From Thermoanaerobaculia bacterium (lineage in GTDB: Bacteria; Acidobacteriota; Thermoanaerobaculia; Gp7-AA8), in NCBI GenBank assembly GCA_036559905.1, contig DATBSF010000438.1:1-37436 (forward strand): a stretch of 37,436 nucleotides of DNA. Reading direction: 5' to 3'. Of the stretch, positions 18,938 through 27,683 are shown piece after piece (position 1 is the stretch's first letter; every line of letters starts with the position of its first letter). The notes beneath the pieces are model-generated. The model was not told where the DNA came from. It saw nothing but the letters and a program-made list of their open reading frames with translations, and did not search any database. A program made the translations under genes and the position numbers.

Positions 18938-19312
18938 CTACGCCTTCGCGGCGATGTTGGTAACGTTTCCGCCCTTGCGATCGCCCATCACGCAATTGCC
19001 CTGGAAGATCGCGCCTTCTTCGATCACGAGCGCGGGCGTGTCGATGTCGCTGTAGACCTTTCCATTGCGGTGGATCTCGACGCGTTGCGCGGCGACGATT
19101 TTCCCAATGACCGTTCCGCTGATGGCGATGCGCCCAACGTTGATGTCGCCCTCGATCGTGGCGCTCTCGCCGACGATCAACTCGTTTTTCGAAATGATCT
19201 TGCCGTTGAACCGGCCGTCGATGCGCATCGTGTCTTCGAATTCCAGCTCGCCCTTGAACACGGCGCCGCTGTCGAGAAACCCGTTGAGCTCACCGCTGCT
19301 TTTGCCTTTCAT
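18938..19312 (-). CDS. bactofilin (polymer-forming cytoskeletal protein)
   Basis: 124 aa with a repetitive beta-helix pattern: 'GAVFKGELEFEDTMRIDGRFNGKIISKNELIVGESATIEGDINVGRIAISGTVIGKIVAAQRVEIHRNGKVYSDI'. The ATG overlaps the parB stop by 4 nt. Confidence 0.85.
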   Translation of the reverse strand: MKGKSSGELNGFLDSGAVFKGELEFEDTMRIDGRFNGKIISKNELIVGESATIEGDINVGRIAISGTVIGKIVAAQRVEIHRNGKVYSDIDTPALVIEEGAIFQGNCVMGDRKGGNVTNIAAKA

Positions 19313-20163
19313 CGTCGCCTCCCCGTCAGATCATCAAAGATGCGCATCAGATCATCCTCGCTTGCGAAGCGAATGTGAATCACCCCGCCGCGACGGCGGC
19401 GGTCGATGTCCACTTTCGTCCGAAGCGATTTGGTTAACTTTTCCTCGGCATCGCGTGTAAAGACGTCTTTCGGCTTCTCGCGCTTCGCCTTCTTGCGCGT
19501 TGCGCCGGAAGCGAGAAGCTCGGTCTGCCGCACATTCAGACTGCGGTTGACGATGCGATCGGCGAGTTGCTGCTGCTTCTTCGCGGACTCGAGCGACAGC
19601 AGCGCACGTGCGTGACCCATCGACAACTCACCTGACGCGAGCAGCTTCTTCACGGGATCGGGCAGCTTCAAGAGCCGCAGGAAATTCGCGACTGTTGAAC
19701 GCTCTTTGCCGACACGCTTCGAAATCTCTTCCTGAGTCAGGCCGAAGTCGTCGTGAAGCTGATGGTAGGCGTTCGCCTCTTCGATCGGGTTGAGGTCTTC
19801 GCGCTGGATGTTTTCGATCAAGGCGATCTGCAGAGCGTCGCTTTCCTGCAGGAGATCCTTAATTACAGCAGGAATGTTTGGAAGTCCAGCTTTCTGCGCG
19901 GCGCGGAAGCGACGCTCCCCTGCGATCAGCCGATAGCGGTTGTCGCTCGTGCGCGTCACCACGATCGGCTGCACGATGCCGTGCTCGCGAACGCTGCGCG
20001 TCAGCTCATCGATCGCCTTCTCGTCGAACACTTTTCGCGGCTGGTACGGATTGACTGCGATGCGATCGAGTGGGATCTGCGCCAGAGCTCCGGAGGAGAC
20101 CGCGTCGCTTTTCTGCGGAATCAGCGCGCTGAGTCCGCGTCCGAGTGCCTTTTTCTGATTCAT
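19309..20163 (-). CDS. parB: chromosome partitioning protein ParB
   Basis: 284 aa. ParB box 'GERRFRAAQKAGL' and HTH 'TQEEISKRVGKERSTVANFLRLLKL'. It overlaps the parA stop (ATGA). Confidence 0.95.
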   Translation of the reverse strand: MNQKKALGRGLSALIPQKSDAVSSGALAQIPLDRIAVNPYQPRKVFDEKAIDELTRSVREHGIVQPIVVTRTSDNRYRLIAGERRFRAAQKAGLPNIPAVIKDLLQESDALQIALIENIQREDLNPIEEANAYHQLHDDFGLTQEEISKRVGKERSTVANFLRLLKLPDPVKKLLASGELSMGHARALLSLESAKKQQQLADRIVNRSLNVRQTELLASGATRKKAKREKPKDVFTRDAEEKLTKSLRTKVDIDRRRRGGVIHIRFASEDDLMRIFDDLTGRRR

Positions 20164-20933
20164 GCGATGACGCTCTCCGCGCGCTGGATGAATTCTTTCG
20201 CGAGGCTGACGTAAGCCTCGCTCCCGCGCGAACGGATGTCGTACAGGATAATCGGTTTGCCGAACGACGGAGCTTCGCCGAGGCGAACATTTCGCGGGAT
20301 GAGGGTGCGGTAGACCTTGTCGCCGAAGTGGTTGCGGACTTCCTGCGCCACCTGCTTCGCGAGATTCACGCGGTCGTCATACATCGTCAGCGCGATGCCT
20401 TCGATCTCGAGGTCGGGGTTGAGCGACTCGCGCACCCGCTCGATGGTGTTGAGGAGCTGGGAGATGCCCTCCATCGCAAAGTATTCGCATTGCATGGGAA
20501 CGAGGATGGAATCTGCAGCCGTGAGGCCGTTGATCGTCAACAGGCCCAGCGATGGCGGCGAATCGATGAGGATGTAGTCGTACTGGCCCGCGACGTCGGC
20601 GATCGCGTTCTTGAGGCGGAATTCGCGCGATTCCGCCGCGCCTAACTCCAGCTCGGCGCCGACCAGATCTACAGAGGATGGAGCGACCTTTAGCGTCGGG
20701 AGCTCGGTCTCGCGGATGATGCTCGACAGCGGAAGGCCGTCCAGGAGGACCGGATAGATCGACTCGGGCTCGTTCTTCGAGAGGCCAACGCCTGATGTCG
20801 CGTTCGCCTGCGGATCGAGATCGATCAGCAGAACCCTCCGCTCGCAGGCGGCCAGCGAGGCAGCGAGGTTGATGGCGGTGGTGGTCTTGCCGACGCCGCC
20901 CTTCTGATTCGCGAGCGCGACGACGCGGGTCAT
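20160..20933 (-). CDS. parA: chromosome partitioning ATPase ParA/Soj
   Basis: 257 aa. Deviant Walker A 'NQKGGVGKTTTAINLA' and 'YILIDSPPSLG'. Confidence 0.95.
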   Translation of the reverse strand: MTRVVALANQKGGVGKTTTAINLAASLAACERRVLLIDLDPQANATSGVGLSKNEPESIYPVLLDGLPLSSIIRETELPTLKVAPSSVDLVGAELELGAAESREFRLKNAIADVAGQYDYILIDSPPSLGLLTINGLTAADSILVPMQCEYFAMEGISQLLNTIERVRESLNPDLEIEGIALTMYDDRVNLAKQVAQEVRNHFGDKVYRTLIPRNVRLGEAPSFGKPIILYDIRSRGSEAYVSLAKEFIQRAESVIA

Positions 20934-21466
20934 GTACGTTCCACGTGGAACATCACCAGGTAGCCGCGGCGCAGCTTGTGCGCCTCACCCTTCCGAAAAT
21001 GGGCTATTTCGCCCGTCTCGGTAGTGGCTTGAAAGAGCGCAGCGCGACCCTCAGGCTCCATGAACGGCGCAAGCGAAGGCAGCCATTCTTCTGGGCCGCC
21101 GACCGCGCGTGAGGTCACGAGGGAAAACCGAAGTTCAGGGGGAAATCGCGTCAGAACGTGGGCGAGCCTATCACCGTAAACTACGGAGTTCAATCGACAT
21201 TCGCGCACGACGTGCTTCAGAAAGGCCCATTTCTTCATGTCGGATTCGACGAGATGAAAGCGCGCCGCCGGGCTCGCAATGGCCATCGGAATGGAGGGCA
21301 ATCCGCCACCGCTCCCAAAGTCGAGGACTTCCCGCTCCAGTTCGAGCATCTCCGCCGCTTCGAGGGCCTCGGCGATGTGGTCGTCGATATTGGCTTTGGC
21401 TTCCGGCCCGATGAGATTGATCTTCTCGTTCCAGGCGAGAAGCTCGCGCTTGTAAACCTCGATCAT
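20930..21466 (-). CDS. rsmG: 16S rRNA (guanine527-N7)-methyltransferase
   Basis: 178 aa. SAM-binding 'VLDFGSGGGLPSIPMA'. Conserved position between mnmG and parA. Confidence 0.9.
   Translation of the reverse strand: MIEVYKRELLAWNEKINLIGPEAKANIDDHIAEALEAAEMLELEREVLDFGSGGGLPSIPMAIASPAARFHLVESDMKKWAFLKHVVRECRLNSVVYGDRLAHVLTRFPPELRFSLVTSRAVGGPEEWLPSLAPFMEPEGRAALFQATTETGEIAHFRKGEAHKLRRGYLVMFHVERT
20937..20952. promoter_or_regulatory. parS site (ParB-binding centromere-like sequence)
   Basis: The minus strand reads TGTTCCACGTGGAACg. This matches the palindromic parS TGTTCCACGTGGAACA at 15 of 16 positions. It lies 4 nt upstream of the parA ATG, inside the last codons of rsmG. Confidence 0.8.
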
Positions 21467-23223
21467 GAAGCGCGGCGCAGGTGCATGCGGAGTATCGAGA
21501 TTGCCGCCGGCGTCACTCCCGAGATGCGACTCGCCTGCCCCAGCGACACCGGCCGCACAAAGCTCAGCTTCTCGACCATCTCCCGCGACAACCCCGGCAG
21601 CGAAAACGACATCTCCCTCGGAATCCGCAGTCCTTCGTCCTGCGCAACGCGGGCGGCCTCGCGCTCCTGACGCTCGATATACCCCGCATAGCGAAGTTGG
21701 CTCACCACGCCCTCGAGCTCGTCGTCCGGCAGCTCAGGAAACTTCTCGCTGAAGGAGTCGAACGTCGCGTCGTGGCGTCGCATCAATTGACCGAGTGTAG
21801 TGCTCTGTGCGAGCTCCTTCGCTGCGCGCATCCGGCCGACGCGTGCGTCGACGCGGCGCTTCCGCTCGTCATCGAGGATTCCGAGTCCATCCGCGATTGG
21901 GGAAAGCCGTTCGTAAACTGAGTCGCATCCGAGGAGAAGGCGGTGCTCGGCGCGGGAGGTGAACATTCGATACGGCTCTTCCGTGCCGAGAGTGACGAGG
22001 TCGTCGATCATGACGCCGCTGTACGCCTGATCGCGGCGCAAAATCACAGGATCGCCGCCGCGCACGTACTGCAGCGCGTTGAATCCCGCCATTAGTCCCT
22101 GCGCGGCCGCTTCTTCATATCCCGATGTTCCGTTGATCTGACCGGCGAGGAAGAGGCCGTCGACGCCGCGCACCTGCAGCGTCGGCTCGAGCTGTTGCGG
22201 ATTGACGAAGTCGTATTCGACTGCATATCCGTAGCGCGCGATCACCGCGTTTTCGAAACCCCGGAGCGAGTTGACGACGCCGTCCTGCACGTCTGGCGGC
22301 AGCGATGTCGAGATTCCGTTGAGATAGAGCCAGGGATGCTGGAGGCCTTCCGGCTCGACGAAAACCTGATGCCGCGCCTTGTCGGCGAAGCGGACCACCT
22401 TGTCTTCTATAGATGGACAGTAGCGCGGGCCGGTCGCGTGGATCTGGCCGGAGTACATCGGCGCGCGGTGCAGATTCGCGCGGATCAGCTCATGCGACGC
22501 AGTGCTGGTGTAAGTCAGATGACACAGCACCTGCGGCAGCGCGATGCGATCGGTGAGGATCGAGAACGGCCGCGGGACATCGTCACCCGGCGCCGGCTCC
22601 AGTTTCGAGAAGTCGACGGAATCCTTCGCAATGCGCGGCGGGGTCCCGGTCTTCAATCTGCCGAGGCGCAGACCGAGCGCGCGAAGCGAGTCGGAAAGCG
22701 TTTCGGCAGAGGGCTCGCCGAAGCGCCCGCCAATCGTCTTCTTTTCTCCGGAGTGCATCAGCGCTCGAAGAAAAGTTCCGGTGGTGACGATCACTGCGCG
22801 CGCGTGGAGAACCGTTCCGTCGGCAAGCGTGACGGCTTCCGGCGACAGTCGCGATACGGATCCCTCGATGATCGTGAGGTTCGGTTCGTCGGTGAGGATG
22901 TCCTGCACGGCCTTCGCGTAGAGGTCGCGATCGCACTGCGCGCGCGGTCCCTGCACGGCCGGGCCCTTCGATCGATTGAGGACCTTGTACTGGATGGCGG
23001 CGCGATCGGTGGCCTCGCCCATCAATCCGCCGAGCGCGTCGATTTCCTTGACGAGATTTCCCTTCGCGAGACCGCCGATGGCGGGATTGCACGACATGCG
23101 GCCGATCGCGTCGCGCAGCATGGTGACCATCGCGACGCGCACTCCGCCGCGCGCACACACACGCGCAGCTTCCGCGCCCGCGTGGCCGCCGCCGATCACA
23201 ATGACATCGAACTGCTGCGTCAT
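21463..23223 (-). CDS. mnmG: tRNA uridine-5-carboxymethylaminomethyl synthesis enzyme MnmG (GidA)
   Basis: The ORF is trimmed to ATG 23223, giving 'MTQQFDVIVIGGGHAGAEAA' (FAD fold). 'GQINGTSGYEEAAAQG' is also present. A longer start at 23274 would overlap mnmE. Confidence 0.92.
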   Translation of the reverse strand: MTQQFDVIVIGGGHAGAEAARVCARGGVRVAMVTMLRDAIGRMSCNPAIGGLAKGNLVKEIDALGGLMGEATDRAAIQYKVLNRSKGPAVQGPRAQCDRDLYAKAVQDILTDEPNLTIIEGSVSRLSPEAVTLADGTVLHARAVIVTTGTFLRALMHSGEKKTIGGRFGEPSAETLSDSLRALGLRLGRLKTGTPPRIAKDSVDFSKLEPAPGDDVPRPFSILTDRIALPQVLCHLTYTSTASHELIRANLHRAPMYSGQIHATGPRYCPSIEDKVVRFADKARHQVFVEPEGLQHPWLYLNGISTSLPPDVQDGVVNSLRGFENAVIARYGYAVEYDFVNPQQLEPTLQVRGVDGLFLAGQINGTSGYEEAAAQGLMAGFNALQYVRGGDPVILRRDQAYSGVMIDDLVTLGTEEPYRMFTSRAEHRLLLGCDSVYERLSPIADGLGILDDERKRRVDARVGRMRAAKELAQSTTLGQLMRRHDATFDSFSEKFPELPDDELEGVVSQLRYAGYIERQEREAARVAQDEGLRIPREMSFSLPGLSREMVEKLSFVRPVSLGQASRISGVTPAAISILRMHLRRAS

Positions 23224-23239
23224 GGTTCCACGTGGAACA
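23224..23239. promoter_or_regulatory. parS site (ParB-binding centromere-like sequence)
   Basis: The minus strand reads TGTTCCACGTGGAACc, 15 of 16 to palindromic parS. It fills exactly the 16-nt spacer between the mnmE stop (23240) and the mnmG ATG (23223). The 18-nt string gttccacgtggaacatca is shared with the site at 20938. Confidence 0.8.
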
Positions 23240-24559
23240 TCATTTTCCGATACAAAATTTTGAGAAGATCTCATCGAAGACTTCCTCGCGCGTGATCGCT
23301 CCAGTCAGCAATCCTAACGCCGTCGCGGCGCGATAGAGATCGACGACGATGATCTGCTCGTCGTGCCCGCCATCGATCGACGCCATTGCGGCGCGCAGCG
23401 CATCGCCGCACTCCGCGACCGCGAGACGCTGTCGTTCGTTGACGAGGCTTCCCTCCGCCGCCACGAAACGCTCGCGCACGAACTGATCGAGTCGCTCGAG
23501 GAGCTCTGCGATCCCACGTTCGTTCGGCACGCTGATTCCGATCGATCCCGCCGGCGCCGGCGCGAGATCGATCTTGCTGTAGACGATCCATGCATCCGGC
23601 CAACGCGCGAGCTCGCGGCGATCCTCTTCGGTGATGCCGCCGGAGGCATCGATCAGATACAGCACGACGTCGCCCGCCTCCGCCGCCCGCCGCGCCCGCT
23701 CGACTCCGATCGATTCGACTGCGTCCGCGCTTTCACGAAGTCCGGCCGTGTCGGCGAGCGTCACGGGTAAGCCGCCGATCTCGATTGTCTCGCGCACGAT
23801 GTCGCGCGTCGTTCCCGGAATCGGTGTCACGATCGCGCGATCGGTTCCGACGAGCCGGTTGAGCAGCGTCGACTTGCCCGCGTTAGGCCGGCCGAGAATG
23901 ACGGCGCTCAGTCCTTCGCGCGTCGCGCGGCCGCGACGATACGTCTCGAGCAACGCTTCGGCATCCTCGATCGCGCGCGCGATGATCGATCGCGCATCGC
24001 TGCGCTGAATGAATTCGTAACCTTCTTCCGAAAAGTCGAGCGCCGCCTCGAGCCGTGAAATGACGTGCAGCAGCGACTCGCGAATCGCTGTTGCTTTCCG
24101 GCTGAGCGAGCCTTCGAGATTCGCGAGCGACAGATTCGCCTGCAACGCGGTGCGCGCGTTGATCACATCGGCGATCGATTCCGCCTGCACGAGATCGAGT
24201 TTTCCATTGAGCACCGCGCGCTCGGTGAACTCGCCAGGCTCGGCGAACCGCGCGCCGAGATCGACCGCCGCGCGGATGACGCCTTCGACTAGCGCCGTGC
24301 TTCCATGCAGGGTCAGCTCGACGAGATCGTTTCCGGTGAACGAATGCGGGGCCTCGTATCGCGTCGCGATGCACTGGTCAAGTAGTTGACCATCGTGCCG
24401 TAGATGAACAAGGGTCGCGATTCGGGGCTCGGGCGAGATCGAGGCGAGGCGGAGAAGAATCGCATCGCTCAGCGGTCCATCGATGCGCACGATGGCCAGC
24501 GCGCTGCGGCCTAACGGAGTTGCCGGCGCGACGATCGTATCGATCGCCGGCGCGTTCAC
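23240..24559 (-). CDS. mnmE: tRNA modification GTPase MnmE (TrmE)
   Basis: 439 aa. 'TIVAPATPLGRSALAIVRIDG', G1 'GRPNAGKSTLLN', 'DTAGLR' and C-terminal 'FCIGK'. The GTG start overlaps the jag stop. Confidence 0.93.
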   Translation of the reverse strand: MNAPAIDTIVAPATPLGRSALAIVRIDGPLSDAILLRLASISPEPRIATLVHLRHDGQLLDQCIATRYEAPHSFTGNDLVELTLHGSTALVEGVIRAAVDLGARFAEPGEFTERAVLNGKLDLVQAESIADVINARTALQANLSLANLEGSLSRKATAIRESLLHVISRLEAALDFSEEGYEFIQRSDARSIIARAIEDAEALLETYRRGRATREGLSAVILGRPNAGKSTLLNRLVGTDRAIVTPIPGTTRDIVRETIEIGGLPVTLADTAGLRESADAVESIGVERARRAAEAGDVVLYLIDASGGITEEDRRELARWPDAWIVYSKIDLAPAPAGSIGISVPNERGIAELLERLDQFVRERFVAAEGSLVNERQRLAVAECGDALRAAMASIDGGHDEQIIVVDLYRAATALGLLTGAITREEVFDEIFSKFCIGK

Positions 24560-25413
24560 GATCCGGCGGTGGTCTGCTCCTGCGGCTCCTGCGAGGAGCG
24601 GGGAACGATCGCCACGCGCTTGTAGAAGCCGTCGCCGCGCGACACAGTGGCAACTTCCTGATCGTCCTGCAGCGCCAGGTGCACGATGCGGCGCTCGATC
24701 GGCGTCATCGCAGGCAGGAGTTGCTCGCGATGATCGCGGCGCACGCGATCGGCAACTTCGCGCGCCTTCTGCTCGATCTCTTCGACGCGCTTGCCTTTGA
24801 ACTGCTGGCAGTCGACTTCAATCTCTTTCTCGGTCTTGCGGCCGACCATCGCCTTGTTCGCGAGGACCTGCAGCGCATCGATGACTTCGCCGTGACCTTC
24901 GATGACGCGGCGCGCGTCGCGTCCGTAAAGGCGAACCACGACCTGCGTGTCGTTCTCTTCGGTGCGAAGCTCGAGGTTCAATTGCGCGAGCGCGATCACC
25001 CGCTCGAACCATGCGCGCACGATTTCCGCGTTCGGCGATTCAGGCCCCTGCGGTGGAATCTCGACCGGAACGTATTCTTCTTCTTCGCGGCGCTCCGGGC
25101 TTCTCCGCGGACGATCGCGGCGCTGATCGTTGCCTCGACGCTGTGCCCCTCGATCCCGATCGCGACCGCGCCCACCGCCTCCCTGCGTGCGTTCCCGGCG
25201 CGGACGCTCCTGCGGCCTCGACGGCGGCTCCTCCGCCGGCTGCGGTGCCTCCGTATTGACCTCGGCCTCGATCACCACGCGTTTCATGCCGCCGAGGAAT
25301 CCGCGTTTCTCTAGGAGGACGTGGTAGGTGAGCTGGAAGCGCTGCACGCCGAACGTCTGCGCTGCGTTGTCGAGCGCTTCCTCGAGATTCTTTCCTTCGA
25401 ATCGCTGCGCCAT
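24556..25413 (-). CDS. jag: Jag/KhpB-family RNA-binding protein (Jag_N, KH, R3H)
   Basis: 285 aa. Conserved position after yidC. The C-terminal R3H motif is 'ERRIVHLALQDD'. A long Arg/Gly/Asp/Glu-rich linker is present. Confidence 0.85.
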   Translation of the reverse strand: MAQRFEGKNLEEALDNAAQTFGVQRFQLTYHVLLEKRGFLGGMKRVVIEAEVNTEAPQPAEEPPSRPQERPRRERTQGGGGRGRDRDRGAQRRGNDQRRDRPRRSPERREEEEYVPVEIPPQGPESPNAEIVRAWFERVIALAQLNLELRTEENDTQVVVRLYGRDARRVIEGHGEVIDALQVLANKAMVGRKTEKEIEVDCQQFKGKRVEEIEQKAREVADRVRRDHREQLLPAMTPIERRIVHLALQDDQEVATVSRGDGFYKRVAIVPRSSQEPQEQTTAGS

Positions 25414-25427
25414 GATCGGTCCTTTTG

Positions 25428-27089
25428 TTAGGCGGCCTTTTGCAGCTCGTCGGGATGATCTTTCCAGTACCTATTCATGATCATCTGCTGAACGATCGTC
25501 AAGATGTTCTGCACGAGCCAGTACAGAACCAGTCCGCTCGGAAACTCTTTGAAAATCCAGCCGAAGACAATCGGCATGATGAGGAACATGCGCCGCTGCG
25601 CCGGGTCGGCGGTCGTCGGCGTGATGAACTGCTGCACGAACATGGCGACCGTCATGAGGATCGGCAGCACGTAGGTGGGATCTTTCGCAGACAGGTCGTG
25701 AATCCACAGGATGAATGGCGCGCCACGCAATTCGATGGCGTGCGACAGCAAATTATAGAAGCCCACGAAGATCGGGAACTGAATCAACATCGGAAGACAT
25801 CCGCCGGCAGGATTGATGCCCTCCTGCTGGTAGAGCTTCATCATGTCGGCGTTCATCTTCTGCTTCTGCTCGGGATCGGTCTTGTGCTTCCGATAGCGCG
25901 CCTTGATGGCCTCCATCTTCGGCTGCACTTTCTGCAGCTTCTTCATCGACATCATCCACTTGTGCTGCAGCGGATAGAGGACGGCCTTGATGAGGATCGT
26001 GAGCACGACGATCGCCCATCCGTAGTTGAGCGTGTACTTGTTGATCCACTTCAGGACGATCAGGAAGAAGCGCGCGATGATGCCGAACATGCCGTACTGC
26101 AGCGTGCGCTCGAAGCCGTAGCGATCGAGAAGTGTCGTCTCCTTGGGCCCGAAGAATGCTGCGCCGGTGACGACGCCGTCCGGTGACGCGTTCACGGCTG
26201 CGTAGATCTCGCGACGCTTCTCTTTGGTCGTGCCGAAGTCAATTGCGCGAAGCAGCGCGCCGCCGGATTTTTCCGGCCGCAGCACCGCGAGAAAATAATT
26301 GTCCTCGACGCCGACGAATTGCGCGGAGTCGTACGTGGTGATGTTGCCGGACTTCTCGCGGTTGACGATTTTCAGATCGTTGTTGATCTGCACGACACCG
26401 TTGCCGGTGATCGTGAACTGACTGTCTTTCTCATCGGGCTCCAGCGTTCGGATGCCGGGTCCGATCGAAATGCGATACCCAATCGGTGGCGCGACGGCGA
26501 CAGAAAAGTTGAAAAGGTATTCGCCCGTGAAGCGAAATGTCTTCGTCGCTGCGACGCCATCGGCGGCGGCGTATCGATACTCGAGAATCGTTGCGCCATG
26601 CTCGTCGCGTTTGTCGAGCGAATAGAGGGCGGTGTTCAAACGCGTCGCGAGCGACGGATCGCGGGCCTCGATCGAGAACGGGAAATCGGTGCGTGAAAGA
26701 TCGCGCGACTTCACCAGCTCGACCGGATTCTTGTCCTTCGTGTTGTAGTGCTTGAGCTGAAAAGAAACGAGGACTGCGCCGCGATTCGAGAAGCGCGCGA
26801 CATAGTCCGGAGCATCGATCGTCGTGTAGGCCAACGCCTCCGCGGAAGTCGGCTTGATCGGCACCGGCGGGGCTGCGGGCGTTTGCTTCTCAGCAACGGG
26901 CGCGGCCGCCGTTGTCGTTTTCGTCGTTGTTGTGACTGCGGTGGTGCTTGTGTTCTCAGGTTTCGGCGCCGGAGTCGTGACCGGTGCCTTCGGCTTGACG
27001 AGATTCGGAAAGACTTTCGGTGCGACCGCCGCCCACAGCCAGAGAAAGGCGATCGAAACTACGACTGCGATGAAGATTCTCTTTTCCAT
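25428..27089 (-). CDS. yidC: membrane protein insertase YidC (long, diderm type with periplasmic domain)
   Basis: 553 aa. N-terminal TM, a Thr/Pro-rich linker, a large periplasmic domain and the insertase core 'GWAIVVLTILIKAVLYPL', 'GINPAGGCLPMLIQFPIF'. Confidence 0.95.
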   Translation of the reverse strand: MEKRIFIAVVVSIAFLWLWAAVAPKVFPNLVKPKAPVTTPAPKPENTSTTAVTTTTKTTTAAAPVAEKQTPAAPPVPIKPTSAEALAYTTIDAPDYVARFSNRGAVLVSFQLKHYNTKDKNPVELVKSRDLSRTDFPFSIEARDPSLATRLNTALYSLDKRDEHGATILEYRYAAADGVAATKTFRFTGEYLFNFSVAVAPPIGYRISIGPGIRTLEPDEKDSQFTITGNGVVQINNDLKIVNREKSGNITTYDSAQFVGVEDNYFLAVLRPEKSGGALLRAIDFGTTKEKRREIYAAVNASPDGVVTGAAFFGPKETTLLDRYGFERTLQYGMFGIIARFFLIVLKWINKYTLNYGWAIVVLTILIKAVLYPLQHKWMMSMKKLQKVQPKMEAIKARYRKHKTDPEQKQKMNADMMKLYQQEGINPAGGCLPMLIQFPIFVGFYNLLSHAIELRGAPFILWIHDLSAKDPTYVLPILMTVAMFVQQFITPTTADPAQRRMFLIMPIVFGWIFKEFPSGLVLYWLVQNILTIVQQMIMNRYWKDHPDELQKAA

Positions 27090-27090
27090 T

Positions 27091-27300
27091 TTAGGGGATG
27101 GGATCCCAACCTCCAGGGTTCAGCGGGTGACATCGGAAGAGCCGGCGAACACCCAGCCATCCACCGTGCAGCACGCCGTACTTCTCGATCGCTTCCGTCA
27201 TATAGACCGAGCAGGTCGGCTCGAAACGGCACATCGGTGGGAGAAGCGGCGAGATGAATCGCTTATAGCCGCGAAGAACTGCGACGGCGACCGCTCGCAT
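27091..27300 (-). CDS. yidD: membrane protein insertion efficiency factor YidD
   Basis: 69 aa. '[31 protein letters not shown]'. Confidence 0.9.
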   Translation of the reverse strand: MRAVAVAVLRGYKRFISPLLPPMCRFEPTCSVYMTEAIEKYGVLHGGWLGVRRLFRCHPLNPGGWDPIP

Positions 27301-27310
27301 CGGCGGCGCC

Positions 27311-27661
27311 TCAGCGCGCGCCTCCTGCGGCGATCTTCGCGAGCACGCGCTCGAGATCGCTGCTGTAATCGCGGAACTCGGCCGCGGCGGCGTTAGGCTT
27401 GACGTTGATGACCAGATCCAAGGCGCTTCGATCCAACTCGAGAGGAGCGCGCTGACGGCGATAAATCTCCCGCGTCCATCGTTTCAGTCGGTTTCGGACG
27501 TTCGCCTTTCCTAATTTCTTCGTGACGGTGACGCCGACGCGCGAAAAAGACCGCTCGTTGGCGGCGAAGAACACGACACAGTACCGGGAAAAAAGCTTGC
27601 GGCCGGTTTCATATACGCGAAGAAACTCGCGCCGTTTTGCCAGCCTCTTCTCTTTTGGCAG
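27311..27661 (-). CDS. rnpA: ribonuclease P protein component (start codon uncertain or non-canonical)
   Basis: '[27 protein letters not shown]' is the RNR motif. The conserved N-terminal block '[25 protein letters not shown]' is readable in frame upstream of the first GTG (27574). No ATG, GTG or TTG occurs there, so the 5' end is placed provisionally at CTG 27661. Confidence 0.75.
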   Translation of the reverse strand: MPKEKRLAKRREFLRVYETGRKLFSRYCVVFFAANERSFSRVGVTVTKKLGKANVRNRLKRWTREIYRRQRAPLELDRSALDLVINVKPNAAAAEFRDYSSDLERVLAKIAAGGAR

Positions 27662-27683
27662 AGCCTCGGACCGCGGCAGGCCG

